Shown piece after piece: positions 1 through 13,131 of a stretch of DNA of 64,000 nt. This stretch comes from Callorhinchus milii (taxonomy: Eukaryota): positions 14,696,001 to 14,760,000 of the forward strand of contig NW_024704743.1 of assembly GCF_018977255.1 (NCBI RefSeq). Direction: 5' to 3'. The notes under the pieces were generated by a model that was not told where the DNA came from, searched no databases, and saw only the letters and a list, made by a program, of their open reading frames with translations. Positions within the stretch are counted from its first letter, which is position 1, and each line of letters starts with the position of its first letter. Made by a program: the position numbers and the translations under genes.

Positions 1-637
1 CGAGCAGGGGCTGGGGGAAGCTGACTGTAGGCATGGTCAAACAGGAAGGTCTTCAAGCATGACCTGGGAGAGAAGGGGCAAGGTGAAAGGATTGAGGGAG
101 AGAATTCCACAGCTTCGGGGTGTTGTGGCTGAAATAATGACTGCCAATTGTGGGGCGGAGGGTCCTGAGAGTCCAGGGACAAGGAGGACGCTGGAGCCAG
201 TTGAGCCGAGGCAGCGGGTAGTAGTGCAGGGAGAGAGTTGGTTGGAGCGATAGGGGCTGCCAAGGCTTAAAGGGAATTAAATACAAGAGTGAAGATTTTA
301 AAATTGATTCGCTCTGTGACACGGAGCCAGTGGAGTTTGACAAGGACTGGGATAATGGAGGTACGTTTAGTACGGGTGAGAATGCGGGCGGCGGAGTTTT
401 GAATTAGTTGAATTTTGTGAATAGTGATGCAGGGGAGTCCTGAGAGGAAGGCATGTGAGTAGTCGAGGCAGGAGGTGACAAAGGCGTGGACGAGGGTTTC
501 GGCTGCTTTTGGAGTGAGGTACGGATAGAGCCAGGCAATATGGCGAAGGTGGAGGAAAACGGTCCTGGCCAGGGACTGGATGTGGGGTACGAAAGATAGC
601 TGGGGGTCGAACCTGACAACACGGGTTCGGTGAGTCA
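1..637 (-). mobile_element. L2-clade LINE, 3' ORF2 fragment (runs off the window edge)
   Basis: ORF 267..644(-) reads FDPQLSF..HI..LAR..FLHLRHIA...AAETLVHAFVTSCLDYS...IQLIQNSAARILT...LHWL, the typical L2 ORF2 C-terminus. It matches many other copies in the window. Confidence 0.93.
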
Positions 638-1409
638 TCAACAAATTGGAAGTCTAAATTTTTCATTATAGGTTTGTATTATGATCAGTTACCCAGGTCA
701 CCCACCCAATACCCACCAATATTTTGGATAAAACTTCCATTGCTTTATTCAACCTTTAGGACAAGCAGTGGCTTATTACTTAAAAACATAGCACAAAAAG
801 GGAATAATTGGAAAGGCAATTGACTAAACACGACATCAGGGGAGAGCTTGGTGCTTTGTGTTTTGATGAATTACAGTTTGAAACAGATTAAATGATTGTG
901 TGTCCAAAGTGTCAAAACAGATGAGTTGGATGTGAATAATTTCCTACACTACAAGCAACCAGACACTCACAGGTGCCTTGAAATGAAGATATCCTCCAAG
1001 TCTGTAGATCAGAATTCAAATTGGCAACATCAGCGAGGAAAAGATCAATACTTATTCTAAAGTAGACTGACTATGTAATTGAGGTAAAAATGTGCTTCAC
1101 AAGTCGATGCTAGCCCCAGGAAAACTATTGATTTTTCTTATGGGCGTTTGCAAAATAAATGTTCTATTCCCTTAATGTTTCTTTAAATGGCCAACTTCCT
1201 CATGTAGAAAGTATTATAATCTAATAATGATAATCTTTTCATTTGATAAGGCAACTCATCACATCGTCAAACATGTCTAACTTTTGTAGGTAAATACAAC
1301 ATTCAATTTGCACACAGCAATGCCCCACAAACAGTCATATACAGTAAGTAACAAACATTCTCCATGGTTACGATACAATGCATCAAAGCAGTAATAAAAA
1401 TAGACCAAA

Positions 1410-1620
1410 GAGTATTTGTTGTCCCACATCACTCACCATGGCCAAACAGTGTGAGACAGCAATAAATAAGGCAAACAGGATGTTGGGCTACACTGCCAAG
1501 TCCAGATGTGTTCAGTCACGCTGAAGGCTATAAATGTTTTTTTTAGGTCACACCTGGAGTACTGCACACCATTTTTGTCACCTTAACATAAAATGAACTA
1601 TCTAAACCCCAAAAGCAATG
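1410..1620 (+). mobile_element. Decayed CR1 ORF2 C-terminal fragment
   Basis: aaggcaaacaggatgttgggc (KANRMLG) and aggtcacacctggagtactgc (RSHLEYC) are CR1-type motifs; the frame is broken. Confidence 0.55.
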
Positions 1621-1664
1621 GAGTTGAAAGCTATGAGATTCCCGGTGTTTGAAGAACAACAAGT

Positions 1665-2815
1665 TAACAACAATGACAACTTGCACTATATTGCTTCCTC
1701 CAAGCAGGGTAGCATCTTAGAGTGCTTAACAGTGGCAGAGGCTGACTTTGAGCTGGGGATGGGGGAGGTGGTCATAACCACAATCGAAGAGGAAGGTAAG
1801 GTTTGGGTATTTGGGGTTAAGTATGGTGGGGGGAGGTGGAAGAAGGCGGTCCTGGCCAGGGACCGGATGTGGGGGATGAAGGACAGCTGGGGGTCGAACC
1901 AGATGCCTAGATTGCACAACTGGTTCGGTGAGTGTAAGGGAGAGCCTAGGGAGGTTGAGGAGTTCAGATTCACAGGAGTGAATACGTTTGCGGGAATCAA
2001 GAAATATGGCTTCCGTCTTGTCCACATTTAGCTGCAGGAAGTTTGCACTCATCCAGGCCCTGATGTCTGCCGGACAAGCTGATAGAACATCAGCGGACCT
2101 GGAGTTGGCACTGGAGGAGGCAAAGTATATTTGTGTGTCATCCACATATATGTGGAAGTTTACCCTGTGACTGGGGATGACACCCCCCAGAGGAAGGATA
2201 TAGATAAGGAAAAGAAGAGAGCCAAGGATGGAGCCCTTGGGTACCCCGCAGGTGACCAGGAGGAGAAACTATTTGCTGAGATGAAATGGAGGCAGTTGGT
2301 TAAGTAGGTCTTAAACCATGCGAGTTCAGTCCCACTAAGATGGACGAGAGAGGAGAGGCAGTGGAGGAGGATGGCATGGTCGACTGTGTTTAGCGTGGCA
2401 GAGAAATCCAGGAGGATGAGGAGGCAGAGGGAGCCTTGGTCACAGATAGAGAGGACATCGTTTGAGACTTTGATAAGTGCTGTCTCTGTGCTGTGGGCAG
2501 GAAGAAAACCAGACTGTAGGGGCTTGAGGAGGGAGTGGAGGAGGGTGTGACCGAAGTTGACCTACAACAATGCGTTCCAGGACTTTGGTAAGGAAGGGTA
2601 AGTTGGAATGGGACTGTAGTGTGAGGGATTAGAGGGATCAAGGGTGGGTTTTTGAGGAGGGGTGTGATGACAGTGTTTTTCAGGGGGAGTGGAACAGAGC
2701 CTGAGGAGAGAGACTGGTTGACCATGTCACCACCATGGGGGAGAGGAGGGTGAGTTGAGTGACCAGCAGCTGGTTGGGGAGTGATGGATAGCAAGAAGGT
2801 TAGAGCCCAGATAGG
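1665..2815 (-). mobile_element. L2 LINE RT fragment with internal deletion and 3' tail
   Basis: The minus strand gives pieces of QSLSSGSVP..LKNTVITPLLK, GVPKG, DDTQIY, WMSANFLQLNVDKTEAI and FDPQLSF. A GTT-rich tail lies near 1665-1690. Confidence 0.9.
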
Positions 2816-2999
2816 TAGGGAGAAAGAAGACCTGAGAGATACTGGCAGTGGTGTTCCACAGAGAGTGTGTTAGGGCTGCTCTTGTTTATTATATCCACAA
2901 ATCATAAGGACTCAGGAATTAAGAAAACAATATTAGAATTTGCTGTTGACACCAAATCGAGAGGAGAAAGCACATTGTGAAAAGGTTACTCAGTGGTTA

Positions 3000-3975
3000 T
3001 GGGCCTTCTTCATATCCCCTGCCTTCCTCACCCCACTATTTGCCTCCACTCAGATACTCCATCCTCAGACTCATTCCCTTCTTCACCTCGTTCAAGATCC
3101 ATCTCAAGACCTATTGCTTTGACAGCACTTTCGGTCATCTTCCAGCATTCCTCAGGGTCTCCTCCTCTTCAATATCTATATGCTCCCTCATGCTGACATC
3201 ATCCACAGACACGGGGTCAACTTCCACGTCTGAGGATGACACCCAACTCTACTTCTCTGCCTCCACCTTCGATTCCAGGACCACGATGTCCTGACAGAAT
3301 GTCTGTCAGACATCAAGTCCTGGATGAGAGCTAACTTTCCACAGTTGAACGTCAACATGACTGAGGCTCTCCTGATTGGGTCCCGTCAGCGCCTCCACAC
3401 CTCAGGCACTGACCGCATCACCATCCAAGGATGCACACTCCACCTCACTTCAACCTTCCCTCCACAAGCTGCAGATCATCCAGAACTCTGCAGCTTGTGT
3501 ACTCTCCCGCACCGGGCTCCATAACCCCATCACATCCCTCACCTGGGTCCACTGGCTCCCCATCCCCTAGAGGATAGAGTTCAAAATCCTCGTCCTCGCC
3601 TTCAATGCCCTCCATGGCCTTGCTCCTCCCTACCTCTGCAACCTCTGCAACCTGCTGACCCCATATCAAGCTGCCCGCTCTCCCTCTGCTCAGTATGCTG
3701 TGGTCTGCTCCGTATCCGCACACAATTCGCCCCACCATCAGGCTTTCTGTCCCCACCCATTGGAACTCCACCCCACATTCCCTTCACTTCACTTCCGCCT
3801 TCAAGTCACGTCTCAAAACTCTCCTCTTTGACCGAGCCTTCGGCCACCCTCTTACCCTCCCTGCCTCCACCCTCCTCGATCCTGACCCCCAGCTCAGATC
3901 CAAATCCCTGACTGTCCAGCGCCTTGGGAAATCCTCCCAATGTGAAAGGCACTATACAAATATAAATTTGGATTG
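3000..3975 (+). mobile_element. Two adjacent L2 LINE fragments (3' end, then RT-to-tail with deletions)
   Basis: EDDTQLY, WMRANFPQLNVNMTEALLIG, LHKLQIIQNSAA and FKSRLKTLLF; tail gtgaaaggcactatacaaat. Confidence 0.88.
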
Positions 3976-4190
3976 CATTGAAAGGCTGAAGGAAGGCATA
4001 ACTGTGGCAGATTAGATTTCAACGCTGATAAATGTGAAATAGTATATTTTGGTAAAATAAATAAACAAAATATAAAGTAAGTAACATTTCAAATGAAAAA
4101 GAGGCTCAGAAGAATCGATTACAAAAGCAAGAAGATAATGCTGAACTTGTACAAGACCTTAATAAGGCCACAGTATTGGGTATATTGGGT
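3976..4190 (+). mobile_element. Decayed CR1 fragment, interrupted by the L2 at 4195 and apparently resuming near 5780-5990
   Basis: ttcaacgctgataaatgtgaaata (FNADKCEI) and IDYKSKKIMLNLYKTLIRPQ. Confidence 0.6.
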
Positions 4191-4194
4191 ATAT

Positions 4195-5762
4195 CCAGCT
4201 CCCCTCCTTTTGCGTCATCAACAATCTCCCTCCTCTGACGTCATGAACCAATCCCTCTTCTCTGGATCAGGCCCTGCCTCCCTCAAAACTGCTGTCATCA
4301 CCCCCCTCCTGAAAAAACCCTCCCTTGATCCCTCAAACCCCAGCCACTACGCCCTGTTTCTAACCTGCCCTTCCTCTCAAAAGTTCTAGAACGCATTGTT
4401 GCCAATCAACTCTGCGCACACCTCTCCTCCCACTCCCTCTTCGAACTCCTCCAGTCCGGTTTCCGCTCTGCCCACACTACAGAGACCGCTTGTGAAAGTC
4501 ACAAACGACATCCTCTCTATCTGTGACCAGGGCTCCCTCTGCCTCCTTGTCCTCCTGGACCTCTCCGCCGCATTCGACACAGTCGATCACACCATCCTCC
4601 TCCACCCCCTTTCCTCCGTCATCCACCTCAGTGGGGCCGCACTCGCCTGGTTCGAGTCCTATCTCACAAACCGCCAGCAGTACATCTGCACAAACGGCTT
4701 CTCCTCCCGCTCTCACCCGGTCACCTGCGGAGTACCCCAAGGATCCATCCTTGGCCCCCTCCCCTTTCTGATCTACATGCTTCCTCTTGGGGATGTCATC
4801 CGCAGACATGGGGTACATTTCCACATGTACGCGGATGACACACAACTCTATTTTTCCACCTCTCTTTGGACCCCCAGTCCCTGATGTTCTGTCAGATCTC
4901 AGGGGCTGGGTGAGCACAAATTTCCTTCACCTGAACGTTGACAAGACGGAAGCCATACTCTTTGGCTCTCATCAATGTCTAAAATCTCATGGCTTTCACC
5001 TCTTCCACCTACCCGACCTCCTCCTAAACCTCTCCGAACCCGTTTGCAACCTAGGCATCAGTTTCGACCCCCAATTATCCTTCCTCCCCCACATCCGGTC
5101 CCTCATCAGCACCGCTTTCTTCCACCTCTGACGCATCACCCGTCTCCACCAATACCTCTCCCCAAAAGCCGCTGAAACTCTGGTCCATGCCTTTGTCACC
5201 TCTCGGCTGGACTACTCTCATGCCCTCCTCGCCAGTCTCCCATCCACTACCATCCATAAAATCCAGATCATTCAAAACTCTGCCGCCCGCATTCTCACTC
5301 GCACGAAACTCCGCTCTCTGATCACCCCAATCCTTGCCAGACTGCACTGGCTGCCTGCCCCAGTGAGGATCGATTTCAAGATCCTCACCCTTGTATTCAA
5401 GTCCCTGCACTCCTCTGCACCCCCCTACCTCTCTGACCTCCTCTCTCTTCAAAACAGTACCCATTGCCTCCATTCCTCCAAGTCTGGCCTCCTCCTCGTC
5501 TCCCGAGTCCTCCGCTCCACCCTCGGCGGCCGTGCCTTCAGCCACTATGCCCCGAGGCTCTGGAACTCCCTTCCTCACTCCCTTCGGCTCGCTCCCTCCC
5601 TTCCTATTTTCAAGTCTCTGCTGAAGACCTTTCTTTTCGACCGCGCCTTTGGTCACCTTCTGCCCCCTCCCCCTGGCTCGGTCCCGGGATCCGTTACTTT
5701 GAAGCGCTCTGAGACGCCATCCGGGTGGAGGGTGCTATATAAATCCAAGTTGTTGTTGTTGT
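4195..5762 (+). mobile_element. L2 LINE, 5'-truncated, RT domain through 3' tail (frameshifted)
   Basis: ORF 4396..4884 contains LVLLDLSAAFDTVDH, LAWFESYL, GVPQGSILGP and YADDTQLY. The C-terminal region follows and the element ends in (GTT)n at about 5749-5762. Confidence 0.96.
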
Positions 5763-6129
5763 ATAATTTTGGGCATGAGTTGATAGGAAGGATATAAAAG
5801 CAATGGATAAAGGCATACAAGATGCTAAATAGGATAGAGAAAGCGAACCCTAAACAATAGTTTAGGCAGGCAGCAAGCAAGAAGAGAGTAAAAGTTCAGA
5901 TACGTGAAGGGCACTTTCAGGACAGACACCAGGAAGTGTTTCGTTACATGGAGGATAATCAAACACAGGAATGGATTACCAGAAATGTGATTTTAAATCT
6001 AATAGAATGGTACCTGCCAGCTCCAAATAATTGAAGCGCTCATATAAGCAAACGTACCTGTTTATCCACCCAATTCATTCCCTCCTGAGCCTGCTCACAT
6101 TCTTGCACAGGGATGAATGTCCAACTTAC

Positions 6130-6162
6130 CTTCGCAACTGATTTTTGTTCCAATTATTGTGC
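6130..6162 (-). other. Candidate 33-nt microexon
   Basis: Minus strand tgtgtgtgctcatgcag|GCACAA...GCGAAG|gtaagt. Length is a multiple of 3 and two of three frames are open. No homology recognised. Confidence 0.2.
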
Positions 6163-7770
6163 CTGCATGAGCACACACATACAGATTGTTTGTTTTAAAG
6201 TGATTTCAAGCTTCAGTTTCCTTCAGTGAATCCCTGCAGTGCACAACACAAGTCAGGGGGAAAAGACATCTGTTCAGGGATAGGAAGTGCCTGAATAGAA
6301 AGTGTTGATGGCAGCCATGTGTCTAGGCTCATGGGTTTCACTTCTGAATCCTCCCAAACGTGGGAGTTGTTTCAAGAGTCTCAGCAAGTCGATGTTCAGA
6401 TGCATGGGTCACTTAGTATCCCAAGAGAACATTCAGTTTAGTAAACTAGTAAGCAAATGTAATGGCTTTTGGCAAAGCTAAACATAGCATTAGTGTACCA
6501 GCCAGAGTGTCATCCATCCATCCATTTGATGTTCACTTACCTCCCAAAAGATACCATCTTCAGTCTGAGGTTTTTCTAGTACATTCTAGTACATTTTACT
6601 CCAATGGTGTTCACTTGGCAGCTGCCTCCGCAGTGTTTACGGTGTTTGATAGACTCCTCAGTGATCGTAACACTCAGAGCATGACAAAGGGAAGATTGCT
6701 TACTGTTAGCATGTGGGATATTGGAAAGGCTGGAACTCCAACAAAAAATATCTGTACTGAAGTCTGAAGAAGTAAATTTGGTGCACACATTCTCTCTTCA
6801 AATTTGCATGGGGTGATAGCATTTCCTTCACCATTGCATCCTTCTGCCCTCTCCGCACAGTCTTAGTGGCCCCCCACTATGACTATATTTGTTGCTCCCA
6901 AGTGTGAATTCAAGCGTTAGATTTTGCAGGCCTGCACACCATTTGTGCTTCACACCTCCAGTACACTGTACAGAGAGGTTAACATGCTCGAGAGAGAGAG
7001 GAGCAGTTGTATGACAATGTAAAGCATTTTTTCTGTCACTGTATTCTATGGGAATGGGCCACTTTCATAGCTGAAGATATTGTAAAAGTATTAATGAATG
7101 ACTCATAGCACAACAGATTAGTAGCCATTAGCGTTAAGACAGGTAGTTTTTTAAATAATAAAAGGAACTAGTTATAATAATAATCCTTGCATAGATCCCT
7201 TAAGGAACAAGCAAATTAAACAATACAAGGCTACAAGCTGTAAAACTGCCCTCAACCCTCCCCCAGTAATACACACTCAACAATATGACCACCAACAGCG
7301 GGTTGTTTCCGCAGGCCATTTCTATCCTGTTTTGAGCTGATTCTGGGCTCAGCAACTGTGTCACTTTACAGCCAGCCATGCTGTACTCTGTATTGAGGCA
7401 TCATTAGAGCAGGCCTAGCCTTGTGCCCATAGAGCCACACTAGCCCGATTGGCCAGCATTACATTTTGTCTGACGCGAAGCATGTGGGCTTGCGGAGGCT
7501 GCTGTGACGGTGACCATTGTAGACGAAGAGAAACTTCCTTCTACTATTTTGTTCACAGGAGCATAACAGTAAAACAGAAGATCCCCATTTTCAACTCAAA
7601 CAATGGTGGGCAATTTCAATTCCATTTGCAATTGACATGGGTTCATCATGACACAAGTAACTCCAGTTACTTGGCACAGAAATAGTGAAGTATCTACACT
7701 CTTGTTAATCTAGTACTTTCAGCTCCATACACTAGGTAAGTCCAGGTCCAATCGGTAGTGTGTTTTACTG

Positions 7771-7831
7771 TTTTCTTGATTGAATATTTCTTGATTTATA
7801 ACATAAATCAAAAAATATTCAATCAAAAAAA
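7771..7831. repeat. AT-rich palindrome (29-bp arms, 3-nt loop)
   Basis: ttttcttgattgaatatttcttgatttat-aac-ataaatcaaaaaatattcaatcaaaaaaa, with 27/29 positions paired. Confidence 0.85.
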
Positions 7832-8869
7832 ATCACTGAATTAGGCAACATGCACCAACCGCTATTCTACTCCATTTGATTAAGCTTTGCAAATTTGTCC
7901 CTGTGTACTTATAAATAACAACACAATATTCAATGTAAAATTTTATTGTATTTCATGATGTAATATTTTCTCTTCTGCCCCACCCCTTATCCGTGGTACA
8001 ATAGTTGGCCAGAAATATTTCTACACTTCCAACTTGCCCACTAACACAAAGATTGGCATTTTTCCACAGCTAAAGTAGGATACTGCCTAACTAATAGACT
8101 CATTGTGAAACAGTTCTCAAATAAAGGATTCAAGGATTAAAAAAAACACAACTGAGCCCGCCAAGAAGCAGACAGGATGGTGAACCAGCAATGTTGAACA
8201 GAATGTTCGGCCAAAACCACTGTGCGGGGTCAAGTGGTTGGGGGGGGTGGGGGGTAAGATCTCACTTGAATGAAAAACGCATGATTTTGCTAACAATTTT
8301 CAATACGATAACTATGTTGCATCTGTCACGTAACATTGCATATTTCATTATTTGTAAGTTAAAATCACACTGTAGTGTGTAAACATGCAGGGTCAAATTC
8401 ACCAAATATATTCAGCAAAGCAGAATAGCACCAAGCCTCATCCACCTGGAGTGCATGGAGCACAATAGCACCATTGAAGTGTAAATATAGTGCAAAATTC
8501 CAAGGACATCCAAAAGGGATGTGCTGAGTTATCTGCAGACCTGCCCAAGCAGCAACCTGACAATGAAGCAGGTTTATGTTTTCTCCAGAGTTACACAAGA
8601 AGCCAGCAGAATACCTCATACTCACAGTGCCTTTTATACTTACCTCCTGGCAAAAGTTCTAACTATTCAATAAATGATAAGCTAATAACTAGAAAGCGCC
8701 AGACCAGTTCAACTGTCTTCTTTCAGGGATCTGAGACACTACCCTCGGTGTGGGGCACTATATAACTACATAGTACAAGTTGTAGTTGCTGTTGCTTTCA
8801 CTCTCAGAGCACAACCAGATTTGCAGAGAAATGCATAACAAAATAATCTTTGCATATAGTTCCTTATAA

Positions 8870-9075
8870 TGTCGTTCAGACGTTTAAAAGTGCTCCACAG
8901 AATATACTGTGAAGTGAATTTACTGTATATTTTGTGGGCGAAATATGGCATTGAATTGCGCACAGCAGAGTCCCACCAAAAGCCGTGAATTGAGTGACCA
9001 AATTAAGAATAATAATCCTTGCATTTTGTAAAGTGCTTTTCACATCAGAAGGACATCTCAAAGCGCTTCAGAGGT
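8870..9075 (-). mobile_element. SINE 3' fragments
   Basis: Reverse complement of the SINE body and tail (cacagaatatactg...gtatattttgtgggcgaaa; aataataatccttgcattt). Confidence 0.8.
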
Positions 9076-9149
9076 TACACTATAAAGTGAAGTTACCGTG
9101 TAGTTTGTGAGTCACAGGCATGACACAGCAGGTGGAGCATTTTCCATTT

Positions 9150-9423
9150 ATATTGCGATGGTTGGAACCCTAATGCGATGGTAGGAATCCTATGGCGAGG
9201 CGGTATGGCCAATTCCAATGTCTATGCACATCGCCATGGCTCACTTCAAGGTCATTAGGCCACTGCCGACATCACTTCTAGTTTACTGCAGGAAGTGAAG
9301 TCAGTGCAACCTGATAATCTGGAAGTCGGCCTTTTTTTTCCATGGGAAGATAAAATGGCTGTCAGATCATTAACTCATCACCAAAGACACTTAGCCATAG
9401 GAAAGGAGTCCACCCTGCAATAG
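9150..9423. repeat. Degenerate palindromic (MITE-like) element
   Basis: Nested inverted matches: tattgc/gcaata, tcctatggc/gccatagga and gacatcacttct/ggaagtgaagtc around a centre near 9285. Confidence 0.45.
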
Positions 9424-10685
9424 TGTTATAACCAAATTCAGGCTATAAAGAAACACATTATAATGCAGTTATATTGTAAGTCTCTAGGTGTGAGTCACCC
9501 ACAACATATACAGTCAATTCAATTTACAGTATATTCTGTGAATTCTGAGACGTCTCAAAGAATGATATAGTGATGAGACCCTATATCAAATGCAAGAATT
9601 ATTATTATTATAAAAGCTATTGATCCTGTCCTCTCCCACCACACGAACTTCCAAGTAATGTATCTTAATTGCAAGACCCTCCACCTAGAGATACAAGCTA
9701 AAAACTGAAACAATCATCGCAGATTATAGACTCAACTATCAAGCAGAACTAGTACCAAATCTGTTCCCAGACTGAAGTTTGAAATTTTCCTTTTCCTTTG
9801 CATAACTGATCTAAAGGACAATTATTTACAATATAAAAAAGGAAGTCTTAGCTAGGGAGCTGTATTAAGCCAAATAAGAAACCTAAAGCAGAATAACACA
9901 AATATCAAAGATACTATACAAGCAATAATGTAGCAAACAATAATATCTGTAAACTAATTTCCACATCTGGTTCAAAACCCAATATTTGCTATCCAATTTG
10001 ATCATTTGAACTCAATAAACAAATGCAGCTGCTCGTTACAGCAAATTACCAAAGCAATACCAAGGTACTTCAAAACATACAGTTCTTTTCAGTGAGAGCT
10101 TCCATTTGCTAAAAACAATTTCCCTTTCATTTTGTGATAACCAGTTGATATTGAGCCTATTATATACATGGCTCCCTGCCGTGTATGAGGGAGAGAAGTT
10201 GGAGTATTTCGGCTATTTTGTGAACACAAAGTTACATTATGAAAAGCTTTATACATCTTCACTGTTAATGGATTTTATTCAACAATTCCTTCCTCGTGCT
10301 TAATCGCCAATGTCTGATTGAACACCCTACTGAGGGTCATGTATCTATTACCACAGCAGAAAAGGTGTCTATTTCTTCAAAGCCTCAACATGTTTCCGTG
10401 CAAGTTCCAGTCATTCCCACAATGAGAGGACTTCATATTGAATGGTTGATTTAGTTTTAAGTTCAAGAATACAGCCATTTAAAAAGAAATGGAAGAGCAA
10501 AGCTCAAGCAGCTTACAGATATAGGTTGACTGTTATAAAATGGGTTCAAAAAAAGTAGATGCCACCTTATAAAATAATGAAAATAATCCAGTCACTGATG
10601 CCGCTTCCAGTTGTCAGGTGTGCTGTTGTTGTTATATCTGCTTCCAGTGTGGATTAGCTGGCCACCTGCACATGCTGGTCCTGGC

Positions 10686-10774
10686 TACAGGAAGCCAGCT
10701 GGTCATCCACAACCACTCTCACAAGCATTTCTAGTGCTAGAAACACGACATAAGAGACCAGCTGGCTTCCTGTA
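10686..10774. repeat. Perfect 19-bp inverted repeat with 51-nt spacer
   Basis: tacaggaagccagctggtc (10686-10704) and gaccagctggcttcctgta (10756-10774). Confidence 0.9.
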
Positions 10775-11824
10775 CCCTACCCATGCACAAAGCTGGCAAG
10801 ACCACATGAGAAATGTACCACACTCATGGTAACCACCGGTGCACAGGACACTAGCACAGTGAGCTAACTCAGACTCTGACTAGGCACATTCTAACAGGGA
10901 CATCCTGATTGTTTGAACTTTTACAGTGTTTTATATCCTCTCAATGTTCAACAAGTTTAAACTAATTCAAAGATTGTGCGATATTTCCCATTTCAAAAGC
11001 TGTCCCACTGGAGCTGTGCTGAAACTTTTATCTTTGTTTCATGTTACCATCTCTTCCGGCACTACTCTGAATCATGTAACACAATTAATAGAGGCTGTAC
11101 TATACAGTAAAATAAAAGACCCTACATGGATCCGCAGATAGGTGAGGAGAATATGACTGAGAAATAGTGCATTCTGTGTTCGAGAACAAAAAAATGTATT
11201 GCAAAAACTATAATACCATAAAAATTATAGGCAGCAGATCCCTGAGAGTAAGCTGTATGTAGCCTTAGATATTTTAAGAGCATCATTAGTTCAAAAATAT
11301 ACCAAGTTCAATATTGTTTTACCTTTTTGGAAACTGTTCCAAATTCAGAACTTCTATCTTCATTTATCCCTTACACCTACAATTTTAGCTGTCAGTGCAG
11401 CTCCACGTTTCACAGCAAGAAGGGTAATGATTTGTAAACTTTATGATGTAATTGAGCCGTACAATAAGCTCGCCAGACAACAAAACAGATTACAGGCAAA
11501 TAATACACTCAGTTTCACCACTAAATAACCAAACTGTATATATTGTACAGAAATAGCTAGGGATTGTTAAAAGGCAGTGTTCTCATCAAAAAATACAGAT
11601 AACAATTATAAGATTCTGTTGTTTTGCTCTTGCAGTTTATGGCAATGTTCTCAAACCTTAAGTTTACCTTGAATTTATACAGAAACACACATTTAATACA
11701 TGGGAATCACAGAACAAAAATTGTTTGTGTTACAAGATACAAATAAACTTATTTTTCAAGCTTACCTAACAAACCTTACCTATACCACCTTAAAAATGCA
11801 AGTGATCTATATTAACAGACCTAC

Positions 11825-11910
11825 CAATCCCTTCCCCAAAAAGTTTCTCTTTTAATCCAAGTGTTGCTTTCCTCAAGGGTAAAGGGCCAGTCAGCAGGCT
11901 CCAGCAAATA
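11825..11910 (-). other. Candidate exon (86 nt)
   Basis: Minus strand tttgtgtgttgttttgtgtcag|TATTTG...GGATTG|gtaggt. Further gtaag donors lie near 11761 and 11775. Confidence 0.25.
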
Positions 11911-12026
11911 CTGACACAAAACAACACACAAACATTAAAAAGAATGCATTACTGCATTCATTAAAAATTGTGAATACACACAAGCATATATGACAGAGCC
12001 CAGGCATATAAAAATAATACACTTAC

Positions 12027-12074
12027 CACATCTTACATATTGTCTTCAAATGTTACCAGAGCAGATAAAACAAC
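12027..12074 (-). other. Candidate 48-nt exon with stops in all frames (poison or non-coding)
   Basis: Minus strand ctgatttggatttcttttgctgacag|GTTGTT...GATGTG|gtaagtg. Confidence 0.3.
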
Positions 12075-12930
12075 CTGTCAGCAAAAGAAATCCAAATCAG
12101 TCTCGTAGCAGAGTGGTTGTGAAACATTTCAAACCATGATATACATACATTAGTATTCAAGAATTAAAAGAATGTTATGCAGCACAGCAATGAACTGAAT
12201 GCTGATACAGAGTGCGATGCTACAATTCAGGATTACACTTATATAACAAGGTCAATCTGTCAACCTAATAACTTTCCTAAACAAAATACATGAAATACTG
12301 TGCTGCTGAGATGGAGGTCTTTGGGGACCCAGTAGTTGTCAACAGTCGTTCCAAGCAGAAACCACACAACAGGCTCCATGGATGTTTGCTCCAAGTTACA
12401 GATCATTCTCTGTTTATATTTGGTACATTTTATTTATTTGAAAGCAGAGAAAGAGATTTGATCAGCGTTACCTTTACTATTTTCAACATTTTATAAAACA
12501 AAACAATAAAAGTGCCAATCCAGGAAACAAAGTTGGTTAGTAACTCAGAATCAAACTGGTGAGTGAGTTTGACTTCTTCAGTTGTAGAGTTTATACTGCA
12601 GTACCAAGCCTTGTAATTTGCTCAACAGATTAGTAGCAATACACATACGCATGAAACAGTTTGCAGGTTGCTGATAGTGATCTTATGGGTAAGCAGACAT
12701 CCACATCTGTTCTCTTTCTGAACCACTGATATCAGATAGAATTACCGAGCAGTACCAAACATTTCCCAGAGATCAGGCTTTCAAGATGACAACACAGGGC
12801 TACATTAATAATTCTACTTCCTGAAGCCATATGCAATACTCGTGTTAAACATGTCCAGATCTCCTATCCCTCAGTCACTTGAGCCCTAAATAAATACAAG
12901 CTGAGACTTTAGCAGCACAACGTTACTTAC

Positions 12931-13131
12931 CTTATGGATCTGTGTTCGAGTCAAAAGAAGTTCGTACATTAACAGAAGTACAGATCCTTTCTGATATAAT
13001 AGTGTGGATCATGCCAAACTGGCGACATGAGGGTGTGCCAGATACCAAGTGCAATGCTGCACCAGCACCTGTTGTGAGACGTACACTGACAATCGGCCAT
13101 TTGGCTATCATTAACCAATCACACTGAACTA
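12931..13131 (-). other. Candidate exon (acceptor at 13131 or 13068, strong donor at 12931)
   Basis: Donor AAG|gtaagt; acceptors ttctccttcag| and ctcacaacag|. One frame stays open until a TAA 1 nt before the donor. Confidence 0.3.
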
